From assembly GCA_963736855.1 (NCBI GenBank), contig CAVTQK010000021.1, forward strand, positions 672,001-736,000: 64,000 nt of DNA. Direction: 5' to 3'. Shown piece after piece: positions 31,809-41,276 of this stretch. The position numbers and the translations under genes were made by a program. Every line of letters begins with the position of its first letter. Position 1 is the stretch's first letter. Below the pieces are notes generated by a model that was given only the letters and a program-made list of their open reading frames with translations, ran no database searches and was not told the origin of the DNA. Source of the stretch: an uncultured delta proteobacterium. GTDB taxonomy: Bacteria > Desulfobacterota > Desulfobacteria > Desulfobacterales > UBA2156.

Positions 31809-34184
31809 ATGGCAAAAACAAAAATACAAAAAGCAAAAAGAAAAAGCAAAATAAAAACCCACCGGAAAACAGCGGTTGCATCTGTTCGATCAGAAAAAGC
31901 AGACTTTTATTATTGGGAATATGAAAGCTATTTTGAATCCAGGAACCTCGATAAGGCGTTGGCAAATTTAAAAAAGGCTATCAAGATTCAACCCAACAAT
32001 GCGATGTTTCTTGAACAAATGGTTCGACTGGGTTTCGCAATGGATAACAATGATGTTCAATTGTCCGGGCTTTCAGCGCTTTATGAAAGCGGGCAAATGG
32101 AAAAGGACTATTTGCTGTTTTATTTAGACTCCCTGATCATAGGCAAAAAATATCTGCTGGCCTTAAATATTGCAGAGAAATTGCTGTCCCAGCTTGACAA
32201 AATGAAGGTTAAAAACAAACTGAAACTCAGGAAAGCAATCATACAGAATAAGGAATACTGTCAGTATCATCTGAAAATCGAGCGTATACTGAAAACTGCA
32301 CCTGAAAAAGCCCATCAAAAACCTTCGTCACCAAAAAAGGAGAAACCAGGTTATTTATCTTCAAAGCCTGTTCCTCAGGAACACAAAGTGGGGAAAATAT
32401 CAAACCTTCCACTCATCAAACCAGATCATCATGAAAAGAAAAATCCTGTTCAGGATATTCCGGTTACTTTTCTCCTTGATGAAAATTCTTTTATACTTCC
32501 TTTTTCTAATAATCAGTTGATGACTTATTCACAATATGAACTGGCTCTGGAAGGGCATTGCATTCGGTTCAGAGATTCGTATGAGAACCTGATCTGTCTC
32601 AACAGTCTGCATAACATTCAGTCTCTCTGGTATCAGGAAGAAACGGCAAGAAAGGTTCTGAAAAGCTTTCGGGGCCGCGCCCTTCTGTCCGACGAAGTGG
32701 GATTGGGAAAAACCATCGAAGCCCTTATCATTTTAAAAGAATATATCAAAAGAGGCATTGTTAAAAATGCCTTGATCCTGACCCCTGCAACCCTTGTCAG
32801 CCAGTGGCAGGAAGAGTTGCAGACCAAATTCGGGCTTTATTTTTCATCTACCGATGACCCAGATTTTCATAAAAAGGGAGTACAATTTTGGGAAGCCCCT
32901 TACATCCTTGCCTCTATTAATCAAGCCAAATCCAAACGAAATTACGATGAGGTTATCCAAAGAGAGTATGACATGGTGATTATAGATGAAGCGCACCATT
33001 TTAAAAATAAAAATACACTGAGCTGGAAACTTGCCAATTCCCTAAAAAAGCGATTTCTTCTTTTGTTAACAGCAACACCGGTGGAAAATAACCTGATGGA
33101 GCTTTATAATATCATCACCCTGTTAAAGCCCGGCCAGTTGAAAACCGCATCGGCATTTCGCAAGGAATTTATGACCAGAGGCGACCCCACCGGACCTCAA
33201 AACCGCAGCCGGTTGAAGGAACTACTGGGTCAGGTAATGATTCGGAATACTAGGGCTCTGGCGCAAGTCGGTATTCCCCCAAGGTTTGCACAGACTCTGC
33301 GGATAAAATCTGGGGCAAACGAAAGAATGTTATACACCCGGATTACGGATCTGGTTTTGCATGTTCATAAAGCTGATGGTAACAGCGGGAACACGCTTTT
33401 GCTTAAAAATCTACTTGCTGAAGCCGGCTCATCTCCCAGAGCGGTGGAACTGACTTTACAACGCGTTCTTTCTAAAAGAGATTTTTTGTGGGATTATGAA
33501 AAAGAGATAAAAGCTATTCATAATTTATGCCGTACTATGGGGGATACGGAAAAAAATAAGGCATTGCACCATCTCATCACATCAACCAATGGAAAAAAAA
33601 TCATTTTCGTTAAATACCTTGGAACTCTGGATCATATATCAGAATTCTTATCCTGGAATAATTTTTCCCATGTTATTTTCCATGGGGGAATGAATCACGT
33701 TCAAAAGGATGAAGCCATCAACATCTTTCGTGAAGAAAAAGATCTCCTCATTACAACAGAAATCGGCGGCGAGGGACGGAATCTTCAATTCTGCCACCAG
33801 ATGATCAATTATGATCTTCCCTGGAATCCCATGAAAATTGAACAAAGGATCGGCAGAATCCACCGTCTCGGACAGAAAAATGAGGTGATGATTTATAATT
33901 TATGTGCAGCAGATAGTATTGAGGATTACATTCTGGATATTCTGGACCGGAAAATCAACATGTTTGAAATGGTTATCGGTGAGATTGATATGATTATAGG
34001 TCGCATCCAAGAGGAAAAGGAATTTCCCGATATGGTATACGATATCTGGATAAATGCAGCATCCGATATCGAGCGAAAACAAGGTTATGACCAGCTTGCC
34101 ATACAACTGAAACGGTCTAAGGAACAATACGAGAAGACCAAAATTCTGGACCAAAAGCTTTTTGGAGAAAATTTTGAACTTTAA
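31809..34184 (+). CDS. SNF2-family helicase/ATPase (YqhH-like) with N-terminal TPR-like region
   Basis: LSDEVGLGKT, IDEAHH, LTATP, GGEGRNLQF, YDLPWNP..EQRIGRIHRLGQ. Confidence 0.92.
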   Translation: MAKTKIQKAKRKSKIKTHRKTAVASVRSEKADFYYWEYESYFESRNLDKALANLKKAIKIQPNNAMFLEQMVRLGFAMDNNDVQLSGLSALYESGQMEKDYLLFYLDSLIIGKKYLLALNIAEKLLSQLDKMKVKNKLKLRKAIIQNKEYCQYHLKIERILKTAPEKAHQKPSSPKKEKPGYLSSKPVPQEHKVGKISNLPLIKPDHHEKKNPVQDIPVTFLLDENSFILPFSNNQLMTYSQYELALEGHCIRFRDSYENLICLNSLHNIQSLWYQEETARKVLKSFRGRALLSDEVGLGKTIEALIILKEYIKRGIVKNALILTPATLVSQWQEELQTKFGLYFSSTDDPDFHKKGVQFWEAPYILASINQAKSKRNYDEVIQREYDMVIIDEAHHFKNKNTLSWKLANSLKKRFLLLLTATPVENNLMELYNIITLLKPGQLKTASAFRKEFMTRGDPTGPQNRSRLKELLGQVMIRNTRALAQVGIPPRFAQTLRIKSGANERMLYTRITDLVLHVHKADGNSGNTLLLKNLLAEAGSSPRAVELTLQRVLSKRDFLWDYEKEIKAIHNLCRTMGDTEKNKALHHLITSTNGKKIIFVKYLGTLDHISEFLSWNNFSHVIFHGGMNHVQKDEAINIFREEKDLLITTEIGGEGRNLQFCHQMINYDLPWNPMKIEQRIGRIHRLGQKNEVMIYNLCAADSIEDYILDILDRKINMFEMVIGEIDMIIGRIQEEKEFPDMVYDIWINAASDIERKQGYDQLAIQLKRSKEQYEKTKILDQKLFGENFEL

Positions 34185-35238
34185 TACCGGCTATTCACTG
34201 GAACAATTTGCCATTCGTTTCTTTGAGTCAAACGGCGCTGAGATAGAAAAATGTCCCGATGGACTGGAAATCCTATTGCCCGAGGAACTTGCCTTGCGGT
34301 TAAATACGCCTGAATACCTGCGCATTCCAACAGGAAAAGATGTTGAAGGTGCACAGGAAAAATTTACACTCCATTATGGCTCTTCCCTTCTTGAAAAAAT
34401 GGTGGATGCAGCTTGTAGGAACGTACCACTGATTCGATGCCGCCTGAATTTCAATTATATTAAACGCGAGGGATTCGACCGGTTGATTCAGGATCAGTTT
34501 GTTTTTCACAATGCCGCAGGTAAGGTACAAAGTACAGCCGAAGTGCGAACCGAATATCTGCTATTAAACTGCCGGTATTTGGCTCAAAGCGATGAACAAA
34601 AAGAAGGGCTTGTTGCCCTCACATTCAATCTTGAATCCGGTGCGCAAGTTTCAAATATGGACAGGATGATCAACACCGTTGATAAAACATTTGAGACAGA
34701 TTCCAAACAAATCCTTCTGGAAGATCGAAAGATTAATGCGGTGTTGACATGGGTTCAACGTCATGCGGGACGGATCCTTGGAAGTGAAATCAAACCTTTT
34801 CAGGAAAGCATGAACAGAAGATATCAACGGGATGTGGCGAACCTTGAAGAATATTATGAAGACTTGAAGAAGGAAATGGAGGAAAATTTAAAGCGTTCAG
34901 GTCTTTCGGATCAACTGATTTCGGACCGTAAAGCAAAAATTAGTATGATTCCGAATGAATTGGAGATGAAAAAAGAGGACCTCTTTAATAAATACAGCAT
35001 CCGGGTCAAACTTGATCTTTGCGGCGGCATATATATCCGAACACCGGCGATGAAGATATTGTACCAGATATCCTTTGGCAAGAAACAAAGGCAGTTATCG
35101 ATGATATTCAACCCTGTCACCAAATCGTTGGATCCTCTGGTCTGCGAAGGTTGCGGCGACAGCACATTCAACATCAGTTTCTGTAAACATCTTCATACCC
35201 TTTGTCCTGTATGCAGAGGAAATTGTCCGGTTTGCTGA
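34174..35238 (+). CDS. YqhG-like SNF2 partner protein with coiled coil and C-terminal Cys/His Zn finger
   Basis: Overlaps the SNF2 stop. TTG 34174 follows GGAG. Contains LEEYYEDL coiled coil and CEGC...C..LH.LC..C...CPVC. Confidence 0.65.
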   Translation: MNFNTGYSLEQFAIRFFESNGAEIEKCPDGLEILLPEELALRLNTPEYLRIPTGKDVEGAQEKFTLHYGSSLLEKMVDAACRNVPLIRCRLNFNYIKREGFDRLIQDQFVFHNAAGKVQSTAEVRTEYLLLNCRYLAQSDEQKEGLVALTFNLESGAQVSNMDRMINTVDKTFETDSKQILLEDRKINAVLTWVQRHAGRILGSEIKPFQESMNRRYQRDVANLEEYYEDLKKEMEENLKRSGLSDQLISDRKAKISMIPNELEMKKEDLFNKYSIRVKLDLCGGIYIRTPAMKILYQISFGKKQRQLSMIFNPVTKSLDPLVCEGCGDSTFNISFCKHLHTLCPVCRGNCPVC

Positions 35239-35362
35239 ACAAGTTCAACATTTACTGTTCGAAAGGAAACAAGGTCGTCTAAGTACTTTCAATCACCTCA
35301 AGTAATAGAGAGTCGGATTAACCGGGTGTCATTTTAATAGTCATTGAAACATTTACCTTTAC

Positions 35363-36061
35363 ATGATCGCCAGGGAGTCAACCCGACGGATTCACCAGAT
35401 GGTTTCAATGAACGCCAAACAACCTACCGCCGGCATCATCCTGGCCGCAGGCATGTCCCGGCGATTGGGGCAACCCAAACAGCTTTTGCGTTTTCAAGGC
35501 AGGTTCATCTTAGAAAATGTCTTGGAAAACGCCTTGGCCTCCCGACTGAACACCGTGATCCTGGTCTTGGGACATCAGGCTCAAAAAATTATTAAGGTTC
35601 TCGGTGTAAAGCTGGATCACCCGCGTCTTAAAATGATCGTCAATCGTCGATACCGGGAAGGCTTAAGCAGTAGCCTTCGCGCCGGCCTTCGGGAGGTGAT
35701 AGAATTTCCTTCGGTGATGTTTCTCCTGGGAGATCAACCCTGGATCAATAATCAGCTCATCAATCTACTGCTGGATCGATTCCGGAAGTCTGAAAAAGAT
35801 ATCTGCGTGCCGGTTTATCAAGACAGAAGAGGTAATCCGGTCATTTTCAGTCGGCGGTTTTACGACACCCTCATGAAGATCGAAGGGGATATCGGCGCCC
35901 GGGAGGTCATCGCTTCCAACCTCCGGGATGTTCTCGAGGTGGAGGTATCCGATCCGGACGTCTTTTTCGACATCGATACGTTCTCGGACCTTGAAACCTT
36001 GAATGCGATACAGACCCCCCGCCCTTTATCGGCCAATGAATCAGACAGGGAAGAAGTTTGA
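35363..36061 (+). CDS. mocA: Molybdenum cofactor cytidylyltransferase (MocA-like); start may be ATG 35408
   Basis: GIILAAGMSRRLGQPKQLL, GLSSSL, LGDQP, GNPV, GDIGAR, DIDT. Adjacent to an XDH-family enzyme that would use MCD. Confidence 0.85.
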   Translation: MIARESTRRIHQMVSMNAKQPTAGIILAAGMSRRLGQPKQLLRFQGRFILENVLENALASRLNTVILVLGHQAQKIIKVLGVKLDHPRLKMIVNRRYREGLSSSLRAGLREVIEFPSVMFLLGDQPWINNQLINLLLDRFRKSEKDICVPVYQDRRGNPVIFSRRFYDTLMKIEGDIGAREVIASNLRDVLEVEVSDPDVFFDIDTFSDLETLNAIQTPRPLSANESDREEV

Positions 36062-36087
36062 CCCCCCGAATAAGCGGCAAGTAAAAC

Positions 36088-38415
36088 CTATTCCTCGATA
36101 ATGCAGGCTTCGCCCGGATCCTTCCCGACCTGACGACCGCAGAGGTCGATCCCTTGTTTTTCCCGGATGGCCGCCAGAATCCGTTCGGGGGTCATAGGGA
36201 GATCCTTGATCCGAACACCCGCAGCATCATAAATCGCGTTGGCGATGGCCGGGGCCGTGGGGACGCACCCGGGCTCCCCGATCCCTTTGGCGCCGAAGGG
36301 ACCGTCCGGATCATGGGACTCCAGCACCGGAGCTTTCATGGGAACCACGTCTTTGGCCGTCAGGATCTTGTAATCCCGAAAATTGGGGTTCATGCATTGG
36401 CCCTTCTCCAAGACGATCTGTTCGGTGAGGGCATACCCGATCCCCATCATGACGCCCCCGTACACCTGCCCTTCCAGGAGCATGGGGTTGATGGCTTTAC
36501 CCACATCATGGGCCGCGACGTATTTGAGAATTTTGACCTTACCGGTTTCTTCATCAACCTTCACCCGTACGCCATGAACGCCGAAGGTGTACGTCATGGA
36601 GAGGTTTCCCCGAAAATCCCTCCCCAAGTTTTCGTTGGCCGGATCATAGAAGTATTCCGCCATGAGCATACGGCCGTTTGCTGAAAAGTGTGCTTTCCGG
36701 AGAAGCTTACCGAATTCGATTTTCCTGGAGTCATCCTCCATGGAGCATATATTTCCATCCCTCAAAATAAGCTTTTCGGCCGGAATATTCAGAGCCTTGG
36801 ATGCCGTCTCCAGAATCTGTTCCTTGATTTTTTTGGCAGCCCCGAGAGCCGAATTGCCGGCGACGAAAGTGGTCCGGCTGGCATGAGCACCCACATCCCA
36901 GGGGCAGATATCCGTATCGGTGTGGATCACATGGGTATCTTCCAGGGAAAGGCCGAGTTCTTCCGCCACAATCTGGGCGATGACCGTATCCGAACCCTGC
37001 CCCATATCCGAAGCGCCCGTAAAAATATTGACTTTCCCGAAATCGTCCACCTTGATGATCGTGCCGCACCCATCGGATTTATAGACCCGGGCCCCGCCGC
37101 CGACATGGATCAATGAAGCGATCCCCACACCCTCTCCCTTTTCTTTGGGCCGGCCCATGTCCAGCTCTCTTGCCACGGCATCGATGCACTCCTTGAGGCC
37201 GCAGGAAGTAATCTTGAAATTCTGCGGTGAAACGTATCCACTCTCATTGGCATTGATCTTTCTGAAGGAAACCGGGTCGATCCCGGCCGCTTCGGCGAGC
37301 ATATCCATAGCGCTTTCGATGGCAAAGGTCGCCTGTGGATTTCCATAACCCCGCATGGCCTGGGAATACGTGTTGTTGGTGTAAACACACTTGGCTTCGT
37401 ACCGGACGTTGGGTACCTTGTAGAGCGTCGTGATGGGCATCATCATCACCGATGGCGTGGTGGCCCCCCACGATGTATAAGCGCCGTTGTCGAGAATCAT
37501 GGAAATGTCCCTGAACAGAAGCCTCCCCTCCTTGTCGCAACCCTGGGCGATGTGCATGATTGCGGGCTGTCGCGTCGATGTGGCGATGAATTCTTCCTGC
37601 CGATCAAAGACGACCTTAACGGGTTTTCGGGTTTGACGCGCCAGAAGAATCGCGATGTACTCATATGCGTAGGTATCGAGTTTGCTCCCGAAGCCGCCCC
37701 CAATGACGGGTTTGATCACCCGGACCCGGCGGTTTTTAAGGCCCATCGCCTCCAGTGCTTCAATGAAATCCTTCTGAGCCAGGGATGGAATCTGGGTGTT
37801 GGTATAAATAGTCAGGTTGTCGGCGAAATCAAACCACGCTAAAGCGCCGGAAGTTCCCATGCAACAATGGGTCACCCAGGTGGTGCAAAAACGATCCTCG
37901 ATGATGTGTGCAGACCGGTTTCGGGCTTCATCCACATTACCGTAATGCAGTTTCCATGGCATCTTCAAGATGTTTGTCTTGTGCTCCTCATGAAGCAGGG
38001 GGGCATCCTCCCGCATGGCCGCCACCGGATCGAAGACTCCCGGAAGAGCCTCATAGGTGACCTCGATGAGGCTCAATGCCTCCTCGGCGATATCCCGATC
38101 GATGGCTGCCACTGCCGCCACCTCATCCCGGTAGGAACGAACTTTCCCAGCCTTGAGGGGCCGGTTGTCTTTATAAACACCGAGCTTGATTTCAGGAATA
38201 TCGTATCCCGTAAGTACAGCCCGAACACCGGGAAGCTTTTTCGCTCTGGAGGTATCGATGCGGACGATTTTTGCGTGCGGGTATTTGCTGTACAGGATCT
38301 TTCCATAAAGCATCCCGGGCACTTTCACATCCTGGATATACTGGCTGCGGCCTGTGGCCTTATCCATTGCGTCGAGTTTCGGAACGCTTTTTCCAACGGC
38401 ATGAAACTGGTTCAT
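36088..38415 (-). CDS. Xanthine dehydrogenase-family molybdopterin-binding large subunit (candidate indoleacetate hydroxylase subunit)
   Basis: GGGFGSK, AMRGYGNPQ, MGQG, ASRTT, GQVYGG, GAKGIGE (catalytic Glu). Confidence 0.92.
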   Translation of the reverse strand: MNQFHAVGKSVPKLDAMDKATGRSQYIQDVKVPGMLYGKILYSKYPHAKIVRIDTSRAKKLPGVRAVLTGYDIPEIKLGVYKDNRPLKAGKVRSYRDEVAAVAAIDRDIAEEALSLIEVTYEALPGVFDPVAAMREDAPLLHEEHKTNILKMPWKLHYGNVDEARNRSAHIIEDRFCTTWVTHCCMGTSGALAWFDFADNLTIYTNTQIPSLAQKDFIEALEAMGLKNRRVRVIKPVIGGGFGSKLDTYAYEYIAILLARQTRKPVKVVFDRQEEFIATSTRQPAIMHIAQGCDKEGRLLFRDISMILDNGAYTSWGATTPSVMMMPITTLYKVPNVRYEAKCVYTNNTYSQAMRGYGNPQATFAIESAMDMLAEAAGIDPVSFRKINANESGYVSPQNFKITSCGLKECIDAVARELDMGRPKEKGEGVGIASLIHVGGGARVYKSDGCGTIIKVDDFGKVNIFTGASDMGQGSDTVIAQIVAEELGLSLEDTHVIHTDTDICPWDVGAHASRTTFVAGNSALGAAKKIKEQILETASKALNIPAEKLILRDGNICSMEDDSRKIEFGKLLRKAHFSANGRMLMAEYFYDPANENLGRDFRGNLSMTYTFGVHGVRVKVDEETGKVKILKYVAAHDVGKAINPMLLEGQVYGGVMMGIGYALTEQIVLEKGQCMNPNFRDYKILTAKDVVPMKAPVLESHDPDGPFGAKGIGEPGCVPTAPAIANAIYDAAGVRIKDLPMTPERILAAIREKQGIDLCGRQVGKDPGEACIIEE

Positions 38416-38434
38416 AACTTCCCCGCTTTCTTAT

Positions 38435-38947
38435 TTACTGCTCCTCTTCGGCCTGCCAGGCCACCACTTTCACCTTTTCCTCGGCTTTACTGCTCACCGA
38501 CCGTATCGAATCGATGATCTGGACATACCCCGTACACCTGCAGATGTTCCCGGAAATGGCATCCTTGATTTCTTCTTCTCCGGCAGTAAAGTTTTCGTCC
38601 AAAAGAGCTTTGGCCGACAAAATCATTCCGGGCGTGCAAAAACCGCACTGAATCCCTCCGTGTTCCACGAAGGCTTTTTGAAGCGGGTGCAGGGCGCCAT
38701 CGGGCAGGGCCAGCCCTTCGATGGTCAAGACCGTCTTTCCGTCAATCTCAGCCGCCAGGTAAAGACAGGAGTTTACAGCCATTCCATCCACAAGGACGGT
38801 GCATGCTCCGCATTCTCCGCTGCCGCACCCTTCCTTGGTGCCCTGAAGTCCCAGCTCTTCACGGATCAGATGCAGGAGTGTCCAGTGATCTTCGATGCGC
38901 ATCTGCGTCTCGGTGCCGTTTAAAGTGAAGGAAACGGTTCGTTCCAT
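38435..38947 (-). CDS. XDH-family 2x[2Fe-2S] small subunit
   Basis: GTKEGCGSGECGACTV, QCGFCTPG, NICRCTGY. Confidence 0.95.
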   Translation of the reverse strand: MERTVSFTLNGTETQMRIEDHWTLLHLIREELGLQGTKEGCGSGECGACTVLVDGMAVNSCLYLAAEIDGKTVLTIEGLALPDGALHPLQKAFVEHGGIQCGFCTPGMILSAKALLDENFTAGEEEIKDAISGNICRCTGYVQIIDSIRSVSSKAEEKVKVVAWQAEEEQ

Positions 38948-38965
38948 GAATGGCCCCCCATAATG

Positions 38966-39856
38966 TTAATGCGGTGTTTGTGTCTGTTGAACCCGTTCCA
39001 TTGCCTTTTGTCCCATTCGTTTGACTAAAATGCCCACCATTTCCCGGCGATACCAGGCCACACCACGGATGCTGTCCCGGACCTTCGATTCCCGGGCCGC
39101 AATCCTCCCCGCTTCTTCCAGAGTCATTTCATCGATCGGTCTCCCGGTTAAAAATGCCTCAGCTTCGGTAGCTCTCATAGGTGTCGGCGCCGCCACCCCC
39201 AGGGCGATGCGGGCTTTTGTGCATGTTCTCAGGTCCTCCTTCAGGGAAAGAACAACCCCGACTCCCAGGAGCGGGAGTTCCATGGCTTCTCTTCTCCCGA
39301 ACTTAAGATAGGCGCTTCCCGTTCTGGGGAGCAACGGCGGAACAACGATCTCGGTGAGGATTTCACCGGTTTCCAGGTCGCATTGTCCGGGTCCGAGAAA
39401 AAACCGCAGCAGGTCCATGGACCGTTCCCCTTTGGGTCCGTGGATATTGACCCGGGCGTCCAGAGCAACCAAAGGAACGGCGCCGTCCGCCGACGGGACC
39501 GCATTGACGAGGTTGCCGCCGATCGTTGCCACGTTCCGTATCTGAACCGATCCGATGTTTTTGACCGCATCATGGAGAATGGGGTATCGCACCTGCACCG
39601 TCTTGGATGTTTCGATGCGCCGGTGGGTGACAAAAGCGCCGATATAGAGCTCACCATTCTCCGGGTTGAAAAGCGGTCGATCCGGACACAGGATATGTTT
39701 TAAAGAAATGAGATAATCCGGGAAAATCTTTTTTTCTTTGATTTTGAGCAAAATATCCGTTCCGCCGGCGATGTATCTGGCCCGTTCTCCATGGGAAACA
39801 TACATGGAGACGGCCTCATCCAAGGACTTGGGAACCATGTAAGCGAATCGTCTCAT
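38966..39856 (-). CDS. XDH-family FAD-binding medium subunit
   Basis: IAGGTD, IRNVATIGGN, PSADG. No Cys-rich 4Fe-4S insertion. Confidence 0.93.
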   Translation of the reverse strand: MRRFAYMVPKSLDEAVSMYVSHGERARYIAGGTDILLKIKEKKIFPDYLISLKHILCPDRPLFNPENGELYIGAFVTHRRIETSKTVQVRYPILHDAVKNIGSVQIRNVATIGGNLVNAVPSADGAVPLVALDARVNIHGPKGERSMDLLRFFLGPGQCDLETGEILTEIVVPPLLPRTGSAYLKFGRREAMELPLLGVGVVLSLKEDLRTCTKARIALGVAAPTPMRATEAEAFLTGRPIDEMTLEEAGRIAARESKVRDSIRGVAWYRREMVGILVKRMGQKAMERVQQTQTPH

Positions 39857-39880
39857 TTCAACCTCGTCAGTTCTTCTCGT

Positions 39881-41173
39881 TTACTGCCCACGCTCATCGA
39901 AAACCCGCTTCGATTTCCTTTCGGATCTCGGGAGGCACCCGCAATCCATCAAATCAACTCTGCAGCTGACCATCAACTGCTTCTTGACTGCATCGCTGAT
40001 TTTTCTGGAAAGATCGGCCTTCAGGGCATCCGGGACACCTGCCTGGCATTCAACCTTTAGGGTCATATAATCCTTTCCGTCTTCCTCCCGTTTTAAAAGG
40101 ACCTGGTATTCACAGCTCACCCCGGAGATTTGTGACAGCATCTGATCGAATTGGCCGGGGTAGATATTCACACCCCTGAAGATGATCATATCGTCGGATC
40201 GACCCAGGATTCTTCCGTGCAAGGGGAGAACGTTCCCGCAGGAGCAAGGTCGGTCGATCCTTTGGACCAGGTCCCGGGTCCGGTATCGGATCAGAGGAGA
40301 GGCTTCCTTATATAATGTGGTGACGACCATTTCTCCGGTTTCTCCATCCGCCACCGGCTCAAGAGTATCCGGATCCAAAATCTCTAAAATGTAATAATCG
40401 GCCCAGTAGTGGATCCCCTCATGTTTGAAACAATCGAGTCCGGTCCCGGGCCCGTATAGCTCGGTCATGCCGGTGATATCAAACATGTCCTCTAATCCCA
40501 TGAGCTCCCGGATCCTTTTTCTCATGGCGTCCCCGCTTCGCTCGGATCCGAAAATCATTCTCTTCAGCGCGATCTTCCCCTTAAGTTTTCTGCGATCGAT
40601 TTCCTCGGCCATCAAGAGTCCCATGGAAGCGGTGCAACATATGACGGTGGATTGAAGATCTTCCAGGAATTGACACTGCATGTCGATGTTGCCGGGCCCT
40701 ATGGGAATGGCCAAGGCGCCGATCCGCTCGCATCCCAATTGAAAACCGACTCCGGCCGTCCAGATGCCGTAGCCCACTGCGATCTGAACCCGGTCCATGG
40801 GAGTGACCCCCGCCATCTCGTAGCACCGGGCAAAGATGTGCTTCCAATCGTCGATGTCTTTTTGTGTGTAGGCAAGGATCTTTTTCTTTCCCGTGGTTCC
40901 GGAAGAGGCATGGATGCGAACCACTCGTGACTCGGGGACCGAAAGGAGGGGAAACGGATATCCCTCTTTCAGATCATCTGCGGTAGTAAACGGCAAGCGC
41001 TTCAGGTCATCGAAGGATCGGATGAAATCAGGTCTAACACCCGCCTTATCCAGCCGCTTTTTATAAAATGGGGATCCGTTATAGGCATGGGCGACCGTCC
41101 ATCTCAGGCGTTCCAGTTGGTGTGAGTGCAGCGCTTCAAGATTTTCGAATTTCGGCATGAAAGTCTCGGTCAT
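39881..41173 (-). CDS. paaK: Phenylacetate-CoA ligase family aryl-acetate CoA ligase
   Basis: HASSGTTG, YGIWTAGVG, GMTE, IRYRTRD, GRSDDM..RGVN. Confidence 0.88.
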   Translation of the reverse strand: MTETFMPKFENLEALHSHQLERLRWTVAHAYNGSPFYKKRLDKAGVRPDFIRSFDDLKRLPFTTADDLKEGYPFPLLSVPESRVVRIHASSGTTGKKKILAYTQKDIDDWKHIFARCYEMAGVTPMDRVQIAVGYGIWTAGVGFQLGCERIGALAIPIGPGNIDMQCQFLEDLQSTVICCTASMGLLMAEEIDRRKLKGKIALKRMIFGSERSGDAMRKRIRELMGLEDMFDITGMTELYGPGTGLDCFKHEGIHYWADYYILEILDPDTLEPVADGETGEMVVTTLYKEASPLIRYRTRDLVQRIDRPCSCGNVLPLHGRILGRSDDMIIFRGVNIYPGQFDQMLSQISGVSCEYQVLLKREEDGKDYMTLKVECQAGVPDALKADLSRKISDAVKKQLMVSCRVDLMDCGCLPRSERKSKRVFDERGQ

Positions 41174-41276
41174 CCCTTCAATCTCCTCTTTCACTCAAAA
41201 TGTCCCGCGCTATTTTTCACCCGGCAGGAAGCGAATCCGGTAAGCCGTCCTTCCCGTTTTCGATCATTTGAGTTCT

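Noticed and set aside
36088..39856. 4-hydroxybenzoyl-CoA reductase or aerobic CO dehydrogenase
   Set aside because: The FAD subunit lacks the Cys-rich [4Fe-4S] insertion of HcrB, and the large subunit has AMRGYG rather than the AYxCSFR loop of CoxL.
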